A DNA stretch of 64,000 nucleotides from a candidate division WWE3 bacterium RAAC2_WWE3_1 (GCA_000503835.1 CP006914.1:303341-367340); one strand, 5' to 3'; positions 37,511-47,528 are shown, numbered from the stretch's first letter. Numbers and translations are program-made. The notes: generated from the letters alone by a model not told the origin.

Positions 37511-38179
37511 ATGAAAATAGTAAAAATTCTTATAATAGTTTTCCTGGCAATTTCACTTCCCATAGGTGCATATTTCGGGTATAAGACCCTGAAAAAAACC
37601 ACCGTACCTTCGGATGGCGGCGCAAATCTCACGGAAGTAACCGAAAAAAAAGCACAGGATGAAGAAAGTATTTTCTCCGGCAAAATTGCCGACCTAATCG
37701 GCTTAGGAAAATCGCTAAAATGTACTTACACTATGAACGAACAGGAAGGAACCGCAGGTACCGGTACTATCTATGTTTCAGGAACTAAAATGAGAGGCGA
37801 CACTACTATCACTATGGAAAACAGTGCAAATATAGACAGCCATTTCATCTCTGCTAATAATGTAATGTATACATGGACCTCGGCTTCGCCTCAGGGGTAT
37901 AAGATTGCAGTAGACCAGGAAACAATCAACGATACCTCTCCTTCCGAGATACCCGATGAGGCTAAAGCCCTTCAGGAAAAGCTGGATTATAAATGTCTTC
38001 CCTGGCTCCCCGATCAATCACTATTTGAACTTCCCGCAAACGTAGAATTTGTCGATTTCTCTGAATTAACCAAAAACTCCGGAGAACCCGGAGATTCGGG
38101 TAACATGTGCGCATTATGCGGTATGATGCAGACCGAAGAAGAGAAGACCAAATGTCTGTCCAACTTCAACTGCGAATAG
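37511..38179 (+). CDS. Secreted hypothetical protein with C-terminal Cys cluster
   Basis: Signal peptide MKIVKILIIVFLAISLPIGA. An upstream in-frame ATG at 37496 sits inside a TGTATAAT -10-like box, so the second ATG is preferred. Confidence 0.45.
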   Translation: MKIVKILIIVFLAISLPIGAYFGYKTLKKTTVPSDGGANLTEVTEKKAQDEESIFSGKIADLIGLGKSLKCTYTMNEQEGTAGTGTIYVSGTKMRGDTTITMENSANIDSHFISANNVMYTWTSASPQGYKIAVDQETINDTSPSEIPDEAKALQEKLDYKCLPWLPDQSLFELPANVEFVDFSELTKNSGEPGDSGNMCALCGMMQTEEEKTKCLSNFNCE

Positions 38180-38193
38180 TCCTGTAAACAATA

Positions 38194-39801
38194 ATGAAAT
38201 TATTGAAAAGATCCGGGGCGTTCATAAAAAAGCACGTTTGTATTGTTGCCTTTTCGGTAGTTTACCTCGCACTCTCTTTCCTTCTTTATAAAGACTTCGG
38301 TGCAACGTACGACGAAAAGGTCGAGTACGATGCAGGAAAATATTTTTCAGCCTACCTGTCTACTCCCACGACCCTAGAGAACACCGACAAACTTATTAAC
38401 AATAGATCCGAGAACATCAAATACTATCATCAGCTACCCCTGTTCAGCACTTATTCCAGGGTCTATCCCGCCCTCCTGAACATTCTGAACCCATCATTTT
38501 ACTTCGAGTGGTTCCATCTGCAAAATCTTATCCTAGGACTTTTTCTTTTCATTTTTTCCTACGCGATACTTTATTTAATATATGGGGACGGTTCGAGGGC
38601 AGTGGTAGGGCCGATCCTTCTGTTTCTCACCCCCGTTGTTACCGGCCACATACCGGCAAACCCGAAGGATATTCCATTCGCGACTATTTTTCTTTTCGGC
38701 ATATTTCTTATTTCATATTTCCTAAAAAACCCTAAGAGCAAGTCCGTCGAAATTCTTATGCTTGGCGTAGTTTTCGGTATCGCCCAAAGTACAAGAGTGG
38801 TAGGATTTTCCCTTTTTGCTACGTACTTTCTGCTAAGCCTGTTTCAGACTGTATCCAAAAAGGAGAGGGTAGCGGAAACTCTTTTAAATTCCACGATCAT
38901 ATTGATGCTCTCGTTTTTTATCTGGGTGCTGAGCGTACCTTTTCTGGGTGCTAATTTTTTAGCTAATCTTATATATATAGTCACGGAGACGGCGGGGTTT
39001 CAAACATGGAATCACGAGATACTTTATATGGGTAAATTCCTTTCAAAGGAAGAAAGGCCCTGGCATTATCTTCCCGTTCTTCTTTCGATACAAATTCCCT
39101 TAACCATTCTATTTTCCCTCGCTTCCGGCGTATTTCTCGTGATCAGAAAAAAGCTCCGATATAACATTTCACACCCGGTCTTTGTGATAACAACAATTGT
39201 CCTTATCAATTTTATTATTTATTTTGCTCTCCGGCCGGTAATCTACAACGGCATCAGACATTTTCTGTACCTTGCGGTTTCTTTGGTAGTTCTTGCGTCT
39301 TTCTTTTTAATTGATCTATACGACAGCCTAAAGAGAGAACATAAATTTATTTTATGGGGCGCCGTTTCAGCGTATTTATTATTTACGCTAATAAGAATGC
39401 TCCGCCTCCATCCCTACGAATACGTTTACTATAACGAATTTATAGGAGGGTTAAGGGGAGCCAACAAAAAATTTGAACTGGACTATTGGGGAGCGGCCTA
39501 CAAAGAATCGGCACTGCGTGTACTTGGTGTTGTTAAGCAGAACAGCATTAAAGATCTGAAAGTTTACGCTTGCGATAATCAATTCGCGGTAGTTTATTAC
39601 TCCCAGTTCCAATATGAACTTGTCGGAAGGTCGCGCGATGCCGACATAATAATCTGCGACACATTCAAAGAACAGCTAAGAGAAAAAACCGAGGACGCCG
39701 CTTACCAAACCACATTCCCCGTAGTGTTCGAAATAAAGAGAGAGGGAACTCCTATTCACGTCGTACGCGCAAGGCAGAGATTTAGCGTCTTATTCGACTA
39801 A
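38194..39801 (+). CDS. Polytopic membrane protein, probable GT-C-fold glycosyltransferase (535 aa)
   Basis: ~12 TM helices with a long loop, similar in architecture to the GT-C array at 55.7-63.5 kb. Confidence 0.35.
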   Translation: MKLLKRSGAFIKKHVCIVAFSVVYLALSFLLYKDFGATYDEKVEYDAGKYFSAYLSTPTTLENTDKLINNRSENIKYYHQLPLFSTYSRVYPALLNILNPSFYFEWFHLQNLILGLFLFIFSYAILYLIYGDGSRAVVGPILLFLTPVVTGHIPANPKDIPFATIFLFGIFLISYFLKNPKSKSVEILMLGVVFGIAQSTRVVGFSLFATYFLLSLFQTVSKKERVAETLLNSTIILMLSFFIWVLSVPFLGANFLANLIYIVTETAGFQTWNHEILYMGKFLSKEERPWHYLPVLLSIQIPLTILFSLASGVFLVIRKKLRYNISHPVFVITTIVLINFIIYFALRPVIYNGIRHFLYLAVSLVVLASFFLIDLYDSLKREHKFILWGAVSAYLLFTLIRMLRLHPYEYVYYNEFIGGLRGANKKFELDYWGAAYKESALRVLGVVKQNSIKDLKVYACDNQFAVVYYSQFQYELVGRSRDADIIICDTFKEQLREKTEDAAYQTTFPVVFEIKREGTPIHVVRARQRFSVLFD

Positions 39802-39802
39802 A

Positions 39803-40645
39803 TTACTCGATTATTATTTGCGTACCAGCCGCAGATTCAGGGGCCTGTCCTTCGATAGACCCGGGTTCCGTTGTTCCTGTTCCTGTCGTGTCCGTCGAAG
39901 ACGGTGAAGTGTCGCCCGTTCCTTCAGCCCCGCCCACCGGTGCCGATTCTCCTGTTCCTTCGGTTCCGTCGTCAACAGGAACGGATGTGTATCCGGCCAG
40001 CAGTTTTGAAACCCAGCCCAATAAGCTGAATTGACTTTCACTTGCCTTTATCACGGAGATTATCTTTTCTCTCTCAGCGTTCAGAAGATCTAAATTGGCC
40101 TGTATTGTTTCGTCCCCGCCTTCTGAAGTAAGTTTTTCAACCGTACTGGTCAGTTTCCTTATCGTATTGGTGTTCTTAGCCAACGTACTTCTCAGCTGAC
40201 CGAGGTTTTTATAATCGGTGCCGATAAGAAAGATCTTCCATTTAGGCTCGTTGACAACTTCTTCGATGGCTTCTGCCGTCTCGTCAGTCGTCTCTTCCTG
40301 CTCCTCGGCTATCGAGGTAAGTTCTTCGCCGACTTCGTCATTGCCTCCGGCTTCCTCGGTCTCGGCGACTCTTTTGATTTCTTTCACAACTTTTCCGACC
40401 ACCTTTTTATGTTCAACTGCCGCAGTTTCCGCAAAAACATCAATGTCATTTTTCACTGATCTTGAGTTTTTTACGGCTCCGGTGTTCTTTTCGGTCTTCT
40501 TACCCTGTACCTGAGGCGTTTCACCCGTACCGGCCGGTCTGTTGGTTATTAGATAAGAACCTCCTGCTATTAAAGCAAAAATGGCTATCAAAATAGGTAG
40601 ATGGATAGAATAAAGCGTATGAGTCTTTTTGAAATTATTAGGCAT
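39803..40645 (-). CDS. Membrane-anchored protein with acidic coiled region and Thr/Gly/Glu-rich low-complexity C-terminus
   Basis: Start taken at Met 40645 (MPNNFKKTHTLYSIHLPILIAIFALIAGG). The longer ORF to 40753 lacks an SD. The C-terminus has TEGTGESAPVGGAEGTGDTSPSSTDTTGTGTTEP repeats. Confidence 0.45.
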   Translation of the reverse strand: MPNNFKKTHTLYSIHLPILIAIFALIAGGSYLITNRPAGTGETPQVQGKKTEKNTGAVKNSRSVKNDIDVFAETAAVEHKKVVGKVVKEIKRVAETEEAGGNDEVGEELTSIAEEQEETTDETAEAIEEVVNEPKWKIFLIGTDYKNLGQLRSTLAKNTNTIRKLTSTVEKLTSEGGDETIQANLDLLNAEREKIISVIKASESQFSLLGWVSKLLAGYTSVPVDDGTEGTGESAPVGGAEGTGDTSPSSTDTTGTGTTEPGSIEGQAPESAAGTQIIIE

Positions 40646-40817
40646 GGATAAATTGTACATCGAAAAGTCCGCAAGGTTCAATGGCGGAAAATGCCCTGCC
40701 GGCATAAAAAGGGAAAGCAGCCCGTGGATATAACGGGCTGCTCGTCTGAACAAGTAAGACCGGATAACCGGAAATTACCTGAGGCCTTCAAAACAAACCG
40801 CTTTAGTCACATGGAAA

Positions 40818-41438
40818 TTAGTTCTGATAGAACCTGAACTGGGCTAATTTCATGCCGTTGTTATCGTAGCTCCAGAAATAATCCTGAAGTGCGGGATCAA
40901 ACAACGGATACCTTTCTTCAACCCCATCTCCATCGAGATCTACATACACATACAGAAGTTGTGAGGTTACGTTAGTAAAAGAGCTTTTGCCCTTTTCTCT
41001 AACCATTACAACATTCGATGTCGAGCAGTACTCAACATTGTCTATATATGCGCACGGGGTCGTGGTGGATGTACCACCCGGTTTACCTAAAGCTCTCGCC
41101 CAAACAGTGTAAGCAGTCACACCGTCATTATCAGGGTCCGGATTAGGTAAGCTGAACACAGCTCCATTACCGTCGGTACCGTTCGCGTCTAAAACCGCAA
41201 AATCGGTTCCGGGCAAAAGGTTCACCTTTATCTTCCCATACAACGGAACAAATATCCTGTGTCCGCTGCCGGAATCCATAAATGCGGTTTTGTCCTTGGA
41301 AACACCGATAATGTTTAGGTTATAATGAGCACCGCTGGGTGCGCCATTACCGGTAATTGCCGAGGTTTTGGCCCTTACTGTAAACAGTAAGCCAATAACC
41401 ACAGTCGTTAAAACCATTGATATTATGGCTTTCTTCAT
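40818..41438 (-). CDS. Secreted hypothetical protein
   Basis: Start at Met 41438 preceded by GGGGTGAG SD. Signal peptide MKKAIISMVLTTVVIGLLFTVRA. Confidence 0.5.
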   Translation of the reverse strand: MKKAIISMVLTTVVIGLLFTVRAKTSAITGNGAPSGAHYNLNIIGVSKDKTAFMDSGSGHRIFVPLYGKIKVNLLPGTDFAVLDANGTDGNGAVFSLPNPDPDNDGVTAYTVWARALGKPGGTSTTTPCAYIDNVEYCSTSNVVMVREKGKSSFTNVTSQLLYVYVDLDGDGVEERYPLFDPALQDYFWSYDNNGMKLAQFRFYQN

Positions 41439-41685
41439 GTTACTCACCCCCTTCTTACTTTTTAAGTTGCTACATCTCGCAGCAAGTAGTTGGTAAGATA
41501 GGGAAGGCTTCACTTAAATTAATATTTAAGCTCCCATTTAAGCCTTTTCGGCAGGATTCGTCGAAACACTAGATAGTACAATATAGGGTGGTTTTAGTCA
41601 AACCGATCGAGTCGTATTGCATAAATAAAAATTCGGCGTATTATATTGATAATTATCTATTTATTTAATTCGGATAAGGATATTT

Positions 41686-42162
41686 ATGGAACCCCAAAAA
41701 CCAAAAAATCAAGGATTTCCGTATTTACCACTCTTATTAATTTTAGGTGGAGTAGGGATTTATTTCCTGCTTAACAGACCCTCAACGAAAAATCCTGTAA
41801 CAGAAAACACATCTACTTCGCAGGTCAGACCGGTAATCGAAGAAGAAGAACCCGAACCAAGTGCAAACCAAGTGAACCCGGTGCAGAACGAAGTAAGAGC
41901 AACAGTTGAAGGCAGTCCATTTAAATTCTCGCCAAACACAATATCTGCGAAAGTCGGCGACAAAATTATAGTTACGTTCAAAAACATGGAAGGAACCCAT
42001 GATTTCGTCATCGACGAATTTAACGTTGCAACAAAAATGACCAAGACAGGAGAAACCGACACAGTCGAATTCATCGCGGACAAAGCAGGGGTGTTCGAGT
42101 ATTACTGCTCGGTAGGCGAACACAGAAAAATGGGAATGGTCGGCACACTAACTGTAGAATAA
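41686..42162 (+). CDS. Membrane-anchored cupredoxin (type-1 copper protein, plastocyanin/azurin-like)
   Basis: N-terminal TM helix. Copper ligand pattern GTHDF ... YCSVGEHRKMGM (His, Cys, His, Met). Confidence 0.65.
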   Translation: MEPQKPKNQGFPYLPLLLILGGVGIYFLLNRPSTKNPVTENTSTSQVRPVIEEEEPEPSANQVNPVQNEVRATVEGSPFKFSPNTISAKVGDKIIVTFKNMEGTHDFVIDEFNVATKMTKTGETDTVEFIADKAGVFEYYCSVGEHRKMGMVGTLTVE

Positions 42163-42169
42163 TGTACAG

Positions 42170-42838
42170 ATGAACAAAGAGGTCAGAAGGTTCGTATATC
42201 TTGAGGCTATGTTGCTCTGGGCGTATGCATACCTGGGGCTTTGGCCGTTCGACTCTCTTCCTCAGCCGTCGAGATATGCCTTCCTGGCCGTAATATTTCT
42301 ATATTCCACCCTTATGGTCAGTCCCCTCACCATAGTTTTTCCTAACATACCCTATAAATTGACGTTTTTAAGAGCCAGAAAGGCCTTGGGCATCTCCTCG
42401 TTCTTTTTCGCTCTTACCCATGCCCTGACAGCGTTTAGGGATAGCCTGGGAGGTTTCCAGGGAATTGTCTTGTTTAGCTTAAGAGAGCTCCTGCCATATA
42501 TTATAGGAGCTTCCGCACTTCTGATTTTGACCGCGATGGCAGCAACCTCTCCGCCTTCTATGGTGAATCGGCTGGGAAGATACTGGAAGCGACTTCATAG
42601 ATTTGTGTACCTTGCCGGCGTATTGATACTGGTCCACGTAGCTATGGTTCCTAAGTCTATAAAACTACCGATTGTTTTAAATTATCTTATTTTTGCAATG
42701 GTGGGATTTCTAATCGTGTTAGAACTTATAAGATTCAACAGATTTCTAAGCATAAAATATAAGTTTCTTGAAAATAAACGGTTTTGGCCTCTGCTCTCAT
42801 TCGCAATCCTTTACCTAATTTATATTTTGTCGTATTAA
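42170..42838 (+). CDS. Ferric-reductase-like / YedZ (MsrQ)-like di-heme-b transmembrane protein
   Basis: 6 TM helices with His pairs in the helices (FFFALTHALTAF, LILVHVAMV). Confidence 0.45.
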   Translation: MNKEVRRFVYLEAMLLWAYAYLGLWPFDSLPQPSRYAFLAVIFLYSTLMVSPLTIVFPNIPYKLTFLRARKALGISSFFFALTHALTAFRDSLGGFQGIVLFSLRELLPYIIGASALLILTAMAATSPPSMVNRLGRYWKRLHRFVYLAGVLILVHVAMVPKSIKLPIVLNYLIFAMVGFLIVLELIRFNRFLSIKYKFLENKRFWPLLSFAILYLIYILSY

Positions 42839-42867
42839 CATTACCGAGCCTGCCTTATACTGAAAGT

Positions 42868-43419
42868 GTGAAAAAGTTAAAAAGATTCAAATTTAAAAAA
42901 CTTTCGTATCTTCTCTTTTATGTTTTTCTGGTTTCCGGTTTAGGCATTGTGCTGAATCAAAGTCTTAAACAACTTCCCGGGATCCTTTCCTCCACAAGCA
43001 ACGACCTGTCCGGGAATAACGAAGAACGGATAATACTATCAGAAGTCATGGACGGGGACACTATCAAAGTAATTATCGGAAATACCCGGCAAAACGTCCG
43101 CTTAATAGGCCTCAATGCTCCGGAAACAAAAGACTGCATGGGAGATTGGAGCAGGATAGAGCTGGAAAAATTGCTTGAAGGACAGACAATTTTATTAGAA
43201 AACGATTCAACACAAGGTGACGTGGATAAATACGGTAGGTTTTTGCGTTACGTCCGCACGGCCGGCGGGATAAACATCAACGAAAAACTCATACGAATAG
43301 GCGCAGCAAAAGAATATACATACGACAAAGATTACAAATATAAAGAGCTGTTCGTTGACGCACAAAACACCGCAAAAAAGGATAAGCTCGGGGTTTGGGG
43401 GGCTCCCTGCAACCGGTAA
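42868..43419 (+). CDS. Secreted thermonuclease (SNase-like)
   Basis: GTG start assumed (VKKLKRFKFKKLSYLLFYVFLVSGLG signal anchor). SNase motifs DGDTIKV, VRLIGLNAPE, RFLRYV. Confidence 0.6.
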   Translation: MKKLKRFKFKKLSYLLFYVFLVSGLGIVLNQSLKQLPGILSSTSNDLSGNNEERIILSEVMDGDTIKVIIGNTRQNVRLIGLNAPETKDCMGDWSRIELEKLLEGQTILLENDSTQGDVDKYGRFLRYVRTAGGININEKLIRIGAAKEYTYDKDYKYKELFVDAQNTAKKDKLGVWGAPCNR

Positions 43420-43422
43420 AAA

Positions 43423-44841
43423 TCAGTTTACGTTAAAAATATACAACGAGTTAGTGTTTCCCGGATCCTGCCACCTTTTACCGTGCACTACTATGATGTT
43501 CTCGCCCTTGGAAAGGATTCCTCTCTTTAGCAGAATGTGGGCGATCTCGGTAACATCCACCAACCCGTGTTCCGGAAAATCAATCATGTTGGGAAGGACA
43601 CCGTACGATAGCCCCAATTTTTTCAGAGTGTCCAGATTTTGAGTTAAAGCAATTATCGGTATCTCAGGTCGGAAGGAAGAAAATATACGCGCGGTTTTTC
43701 CGGTCTCGGTGGCTACCAGTATTTTTGAAAGGGAACGTCCGTTGTCGGATTTAATAATATCTACGGCCGCCTTTACTATACTGAAAGTGCGGTCTTCCGA
43801 AAATTCCAAGGCAGCCGGTACGCGTAATGCTTTTTCGTTGAAACTCACGATCTTGTGCATAAACCGCACGGATTCAACGGGATATTTTCCTATAGCCGTT
43901 TCTCCCGATAACATCACGGCGTCCGTCCCGTCACGCACCGCGTTCGAGATATCCGAAACTTCAGCTCGGGTAGGGGAGGGGTTCGTCGTCATAGACTCGA
44001 GCATTTGTGTTGCTACAATAACGGGTTTGGCCGAAGCCCGGCATTTTTCTATAATCCTTTTCTGATAGTAAGTGATTTTTTCAAGAGATACCTCCACTCC
44101 GAGGTCGCCGCGCGCCACCATAATCCCGTCACTTTTCCCGACAATAAGGTCGAGGTCATCTATGCCTTCCTGAGTTTCAATTTTGGAAATAATACCCGCC
44201 TTCGACCCGTTATCCAGCAAAAATTCCGACAAATTTTCAACATCTTTGTGGTTCCTGACAAAAGACAGAGCAAAAAAATCCGGAGACATTTTTATGAGCT
44301 CTTTAATAACTTCTTTCTCCTGAGGATTTATAGTTGGAACCGATATTTTTTTATTTGTAAAAGAAACGCCTTTTCCGGTTTTTAGTACCCCCGTCTCTGC
44401 GGCCTTCAGAAAGAGTCCTTTTTCGGACCTTTCTGCCCTAAGTTCAATCTTTCCGTCGTCCACGACCAAAACATCTCCGTCATCTATAAGACCGGGTATT
44501 TCGTCAGGGCTTAAAAGGATATCTTTTTCGCCGCTGCACTCCGAATTGACGACACAAACCCTCAACAAATCATTTTTTTTCAGCTTTATCTCGCTTGCGG
44601 ACGGAATAGATACGACACACTCAGGTCCCCGGATATCGATTATTATTCCGGTGCTTATACCGAGCTTCTCACTTACCTCCCGTACCTTTTTTATATGCCT
44701 GACGTGCCAGGCCATATCTGCGTGCTTAAGGTTGAAACGGAACAAGTTGACACCGGAGGTAATAAGCTCCTTTATAACTTTTTCGTCACTACTTGAAGGC
44801 CCGAGGGTGGCAATGATTTTTGTAAATTTTCCTGAGTGCAT
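43423..44841 (-). CDS. pyk: Pyruvate kinase
   Basis: KIIATLGPSS, NLKHADMAWH, MLSGETAIGKYPVESV. Confidence 0.9.
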   Translation of the reverse strand: MHSGKFTKIIATLGPSSSDEKVIKELITSGVNLFRFNLKHADMAWHVRHIKKVREVSEKLGISTGIIIDIRGPECVVSIPSASEIKLKKNDLLRVCVVNSECSGEKDILLSPDEIPGLIDDGDVLVVDDGKIELRAERSEKGLFLKAAETGVLKTGKGVSFTNKKISVPTINPQEKEVIKELIKMSPDFFALSFVRNHKDVENLSEFLLDNGSKAGIISKIETQEGIDDLDLIVGKSDGIMVARGDLGVEVSLEKITYYQKRIIEKCRASAKPVIVATQMLESMTTNPSPTRAEVSDISNAVRDGTDAVMLSGETAIGKYPVESVRFMHKIVSFNEKALRVPAALEFSEDRTFSIVKAAVDIIKSDNGRSLSKILVATETGKTARIFSSFRPEIPIIALTQNLDTLKKLGLSYGVLPNMIDFPEHGLVDVTEIAHILLKRGILSKGENIIVVHGKRWQDPGNTNSLYIFNVN

Positions 44842-44850
44842 CCGGGCAGT

Positions 44851-45186
44851 TTAATCGACAACTCTATTGAGAAAGGAATTTATCAGGGAGACGACAATGC
44901 TGAATAAGATGGCCGTCCAGATGCTGGCAATCTGAAACCCCGGAACGATCGTCGCGGTCAGAATAACGATAAAGGCACTTATGAAAAAAGTAAAAATACC
45001 GAAGGTCAGGACATTTATAGGAAGGGTCAAAAGTATAAGTATCGGTTTTACGAAAAGGTTCAGGGTGCCCAGCACAATAGCAACAATGACAGCCGTAACC
45101 ATATCTTCCACTACGACGCCGGGAATAATGCGGGAGGCAATGAATATCGCTAACGTGGCTATAGCAAGTTTAAGCAGTAGTTTCAT
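44851..45186 (-). CDS. YvlD/DUF360 (phage-holin-4 superfamily) small membrane protein
   Basis: 4 TM helices, 111 aa, N-terminal MKLLLKLAIATLAIFIA. Confidence 0.5.
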   Translation of the reverse strand: MKLLLKLAIATLAIFIASRIIPGVVVEDMVTAVIVAIVLGTLNLFVKPILILLTLPINVLTFGIFTFFISAFIVILTATIVPGFQIASIWTAILFSIVVSLINSFLNRVVD

Positions 45187-45261
45187 ATCTTTAATTATAC
45201 TTACTTAATAGGTGTTGTAAAACGTCTTCCTCCGTCCGCCATGCGCCTGTATACTATAAGC

Positions 45262-46437
45262 ATGGAATTTCCGAAAGATTTTATATGGGGCACAGCAATG
45301 TCCGCTCATCAAACCGAAGGTAACAACACAAACAGTGACTGGTGGAAATGGGAAGTAGAAAAAGACGGAAGAAGAGATCTACCCCTGGAGGCTTCGGGAC
45401 CGGCCTGCGATTCATACAACAGATACGCCGAAGATTTTGAGCTGTGCAAACAATTAAACTCCAACGCGGTACGACTAAGCATTGAGTGGGCGCGGATAGA
45501 ACCCAGAAAGGGCATGTACGACAATAAAGCACTGGAACACTATAAAAAGGTATTAAAGACCGCGAAAGAAAAGGGTTTAAAAACTTTTGTAACTTTCCAT
45601 CACTTTACAAATCCTATCTGGTTATCCGAAATGGGCGGTTGGCTTAACTTTAAGACGCCCGAATTATTTTCCGATTTCGCGGAAAAGAGCGCCGAATACC
45701 TCGGGGAATTCTGCGACGCAATTATTACCATTAACGAACCTCAGGTGTATGCCTCAATGTCTTACATTGTCGGAACGTGGCCTCCGAATAAAAAAAGTTT
45801 ACTTATGTCAGGAATAGTTCAAATAAATATGATGCGTGCTCACAACAGAGCTTACAAAAAAATAAAAGAGGTATATAAAAAACCCGTCGGCATAGTTAAA
45901 AATATTTCCTGGTGTGAGTATTCGTCTTACACGGTGTTCGACAAACTATTAGCGAAAATATTGTTCTTTTTCAACAGCGATTTCTTTTTAAAACCGGTCT
46001 CAAAGAATTCGGATTTTATAGGACTCAATTATTATTTTACCAACAGGGTCGTAAAACTCAGAATCCGCAATCCCGATAATCCCGTGAACGATCTGGGTTG
46101 GTGGATAAATTACGACGGTCTTTATAAAGTCTTGATGAGTCTGAAAAAATACAACCTTCCCATTTATATAACTGAGAACGGATTGGCGGACAGCCACGAC
46201 AGGCAAAGAACTGATTTTATCAAAAAAATGCTGACTCAGGTGCACACCGCACTTTCCCGCGGCGTAAAAATTAAAGGTTACTTTTACTGGTCTCTGCTGG
46301 ACAATTATGAATGGCACCATGGTTTTTGGCCCAGATTCGGACTGGTTGAGATAGACCGCACAAATGGACTGAAACGTATGCCCAGAAAATCCTTTTATGA
46401 TTACGCCGAAATATGTAAGAATGGAATAGTGAAGTAA
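45262..46437 (+). CDS. GH1 beta-glucosidase
   Basis: FPKDFIWGTA N-terminus (start taken at MEFPKDF), acid/base ITINEPQ, nucleophile YITENG. Confidence 0.85.
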   Translation: MEFPKDFIWGTAMSAHQTEGNNTNSDWWKWEVEKDGRRDLPLEASGPACDSYNRYAEDFELCKQLNSNAVRLSIEWARIEPRKGMYDNKALEHYKKVLKTAKEKGLKTFVTFHHFTNPIWLSEMGGWLNFKTPELFSDFAEKSAEYLGEFCDAIITINEPQVYASMSYIVGTWPPNKKSLLMSGIVQINMMRAHNRAYKKIKEVYKKPVGIVKNISWCEYSSYTVFDKLLAKILFFFNSDFFLKPVSKNSDFIGLNYYFTNRVVKLRIRNPDNPVNDLGWWINYDGLYKVLMSLKKYNLPIYITENGLADSHDRQRTDFIKKMLTQVHTALSRGVKIKGYFYWSLLDNYEWHHGFWPRFGLVEIDRTNGLKRMPRKSFYDYAEICKNGIVK

Positions 46438-46441
46438 GAAT

Positions 46442-47524
46442 ATGTTCCGCAGACAAACTGCCCTTCAAAAACAGGCGTCAAAAGCTTGGGAATACATAAG
46501 AAAACTTTTCGGATTAACTTTAACCCGCATCGTTCTGGTAATACTTATAGTATTGATAGCGTTTCCATTCGTACTTTTTTATTTTCTTAAACCGGAGTCG
46601 GAAAACGACAATCGATATGGTGTTACTTTTTCAAACAAATACGCGTCTCAAATAGGACTTGACTGGAAGGACGCCTATATAAAAGTACTTGATGACCTGG
46701 GCGCCAGAAACTTAAGATTAGTTGCTTACTGGGACGACATAGAAGTCACGCCTCAAAACTATAATTATAAAGATATAAAATGGCAGTTGGAACAGGCCGA
46801 AAAAAGAAATGCCAATGTGATTCTGGCGGTCGGCAGAAAAGTTCCGAGGTACCCGGAGTGCTTTGAACCAAGCTGGTGGAGAGGAATGAGCAGTGAAGAT
46901 GAAAGAAACAAAGAACTTTTTGAGTACGTGATCAGAACGGTCATGGAACTTCAAAGCTATAATTCCGTGAAAATGTGGCAGGTCGAAAACGAGCCTTTTT
47001 TTCCCTTCGGAGAATGTCTCCCCGTGAAAAAAGCTACCGTGGAGCAGGAAGTACAGTTGGTGCGTGCGCTCGACGAAAGACCCATCCTCATCCAGGATAG
47101 CGGTGAGGGCGGTTTTTGGTTTCCCAGCTACCAGATGGCCGATTACCTTGGAATATCAATGTACAGAAAAATCTGGTACGATTTTTGGGGCACTCTGACA
47201 AAAAGCGCCTTCTATTTTCAGTACCCCCTGTCCCATTGGTCGTACGGAGTTCGCGCCCGAATGACGGGTGTCCCAATTGAAAGGATAATTGTCACCGAGC
47301 TTCAGGCTGAACCCTGGGGACCGGCAATAAATTCCAAACTTTCCAATGAAGAAAAAAATCAGACCATGTCCGTCACCGACTTTTTATCCACTATTACGTA
47401 TGCCCAGAAAAGCGGTTTTCGCGATCTTTACTTTTGGGGAGCAGAGTGGTGGCTTTGGGAAAAAGAACAGAACGCGACACCTACTTACTGGGATATGGCA
47501 AAAGCCCTTTTTAGACAAAAATAG
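46442..47524 (+). CDS. Membrane-anchored GH-A clan (GH5-like) glycoside hydrolase
   Basis: N-terminal TM. WQVENEPFF (NEP acid/base) and IVTELQAEPWG (nucleophile Glu) in TIM-barrel spacing. Confidence 0.55.
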   Translation: MFRRQTALQKQASKAWEYIRKLFGLTLTRIVLVILIVLIAFPFVLFYFLKPESENDNRYGVTFSNKYASQIGLDWKDAYIKVLDDLGARNLRLVAYWDDIEVTPQNYNYKDIKWQLEQAEKRNANVILAVGRKVPRYPECFEPSWWRGMSSEDERNKELFEYVIRTVMELQSYNSVKMWQVENEPFFPFGECLPVKKATVEQEVQLVRALDERPILIQDSGEGGFWFPSYQMADYLGISMYRKIWYDFWGTLTKSAFYFQYPLSHWSYGVRARMTGVPIERIIVTELQAEPWGPAINSKLSNEEKNQTMSVTDFLSTITYAQKSGFRDLYFWGAEWWLWEKEQNATPTYWDMAKALFRQK

Positions 47525-47528
47525 TAGG

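Noticed and set aside
37496-40660. Shared MYNLSM peptide at the N-termini of two oppositely oriented secreted-protein genes as a conserved targeting motif
   Set aside because: It is more simply explained by a TGTA(T/C)AAT -10 box that happens to be in frame with the real start codon 15 nt downstream. The peptide is probably not translated.
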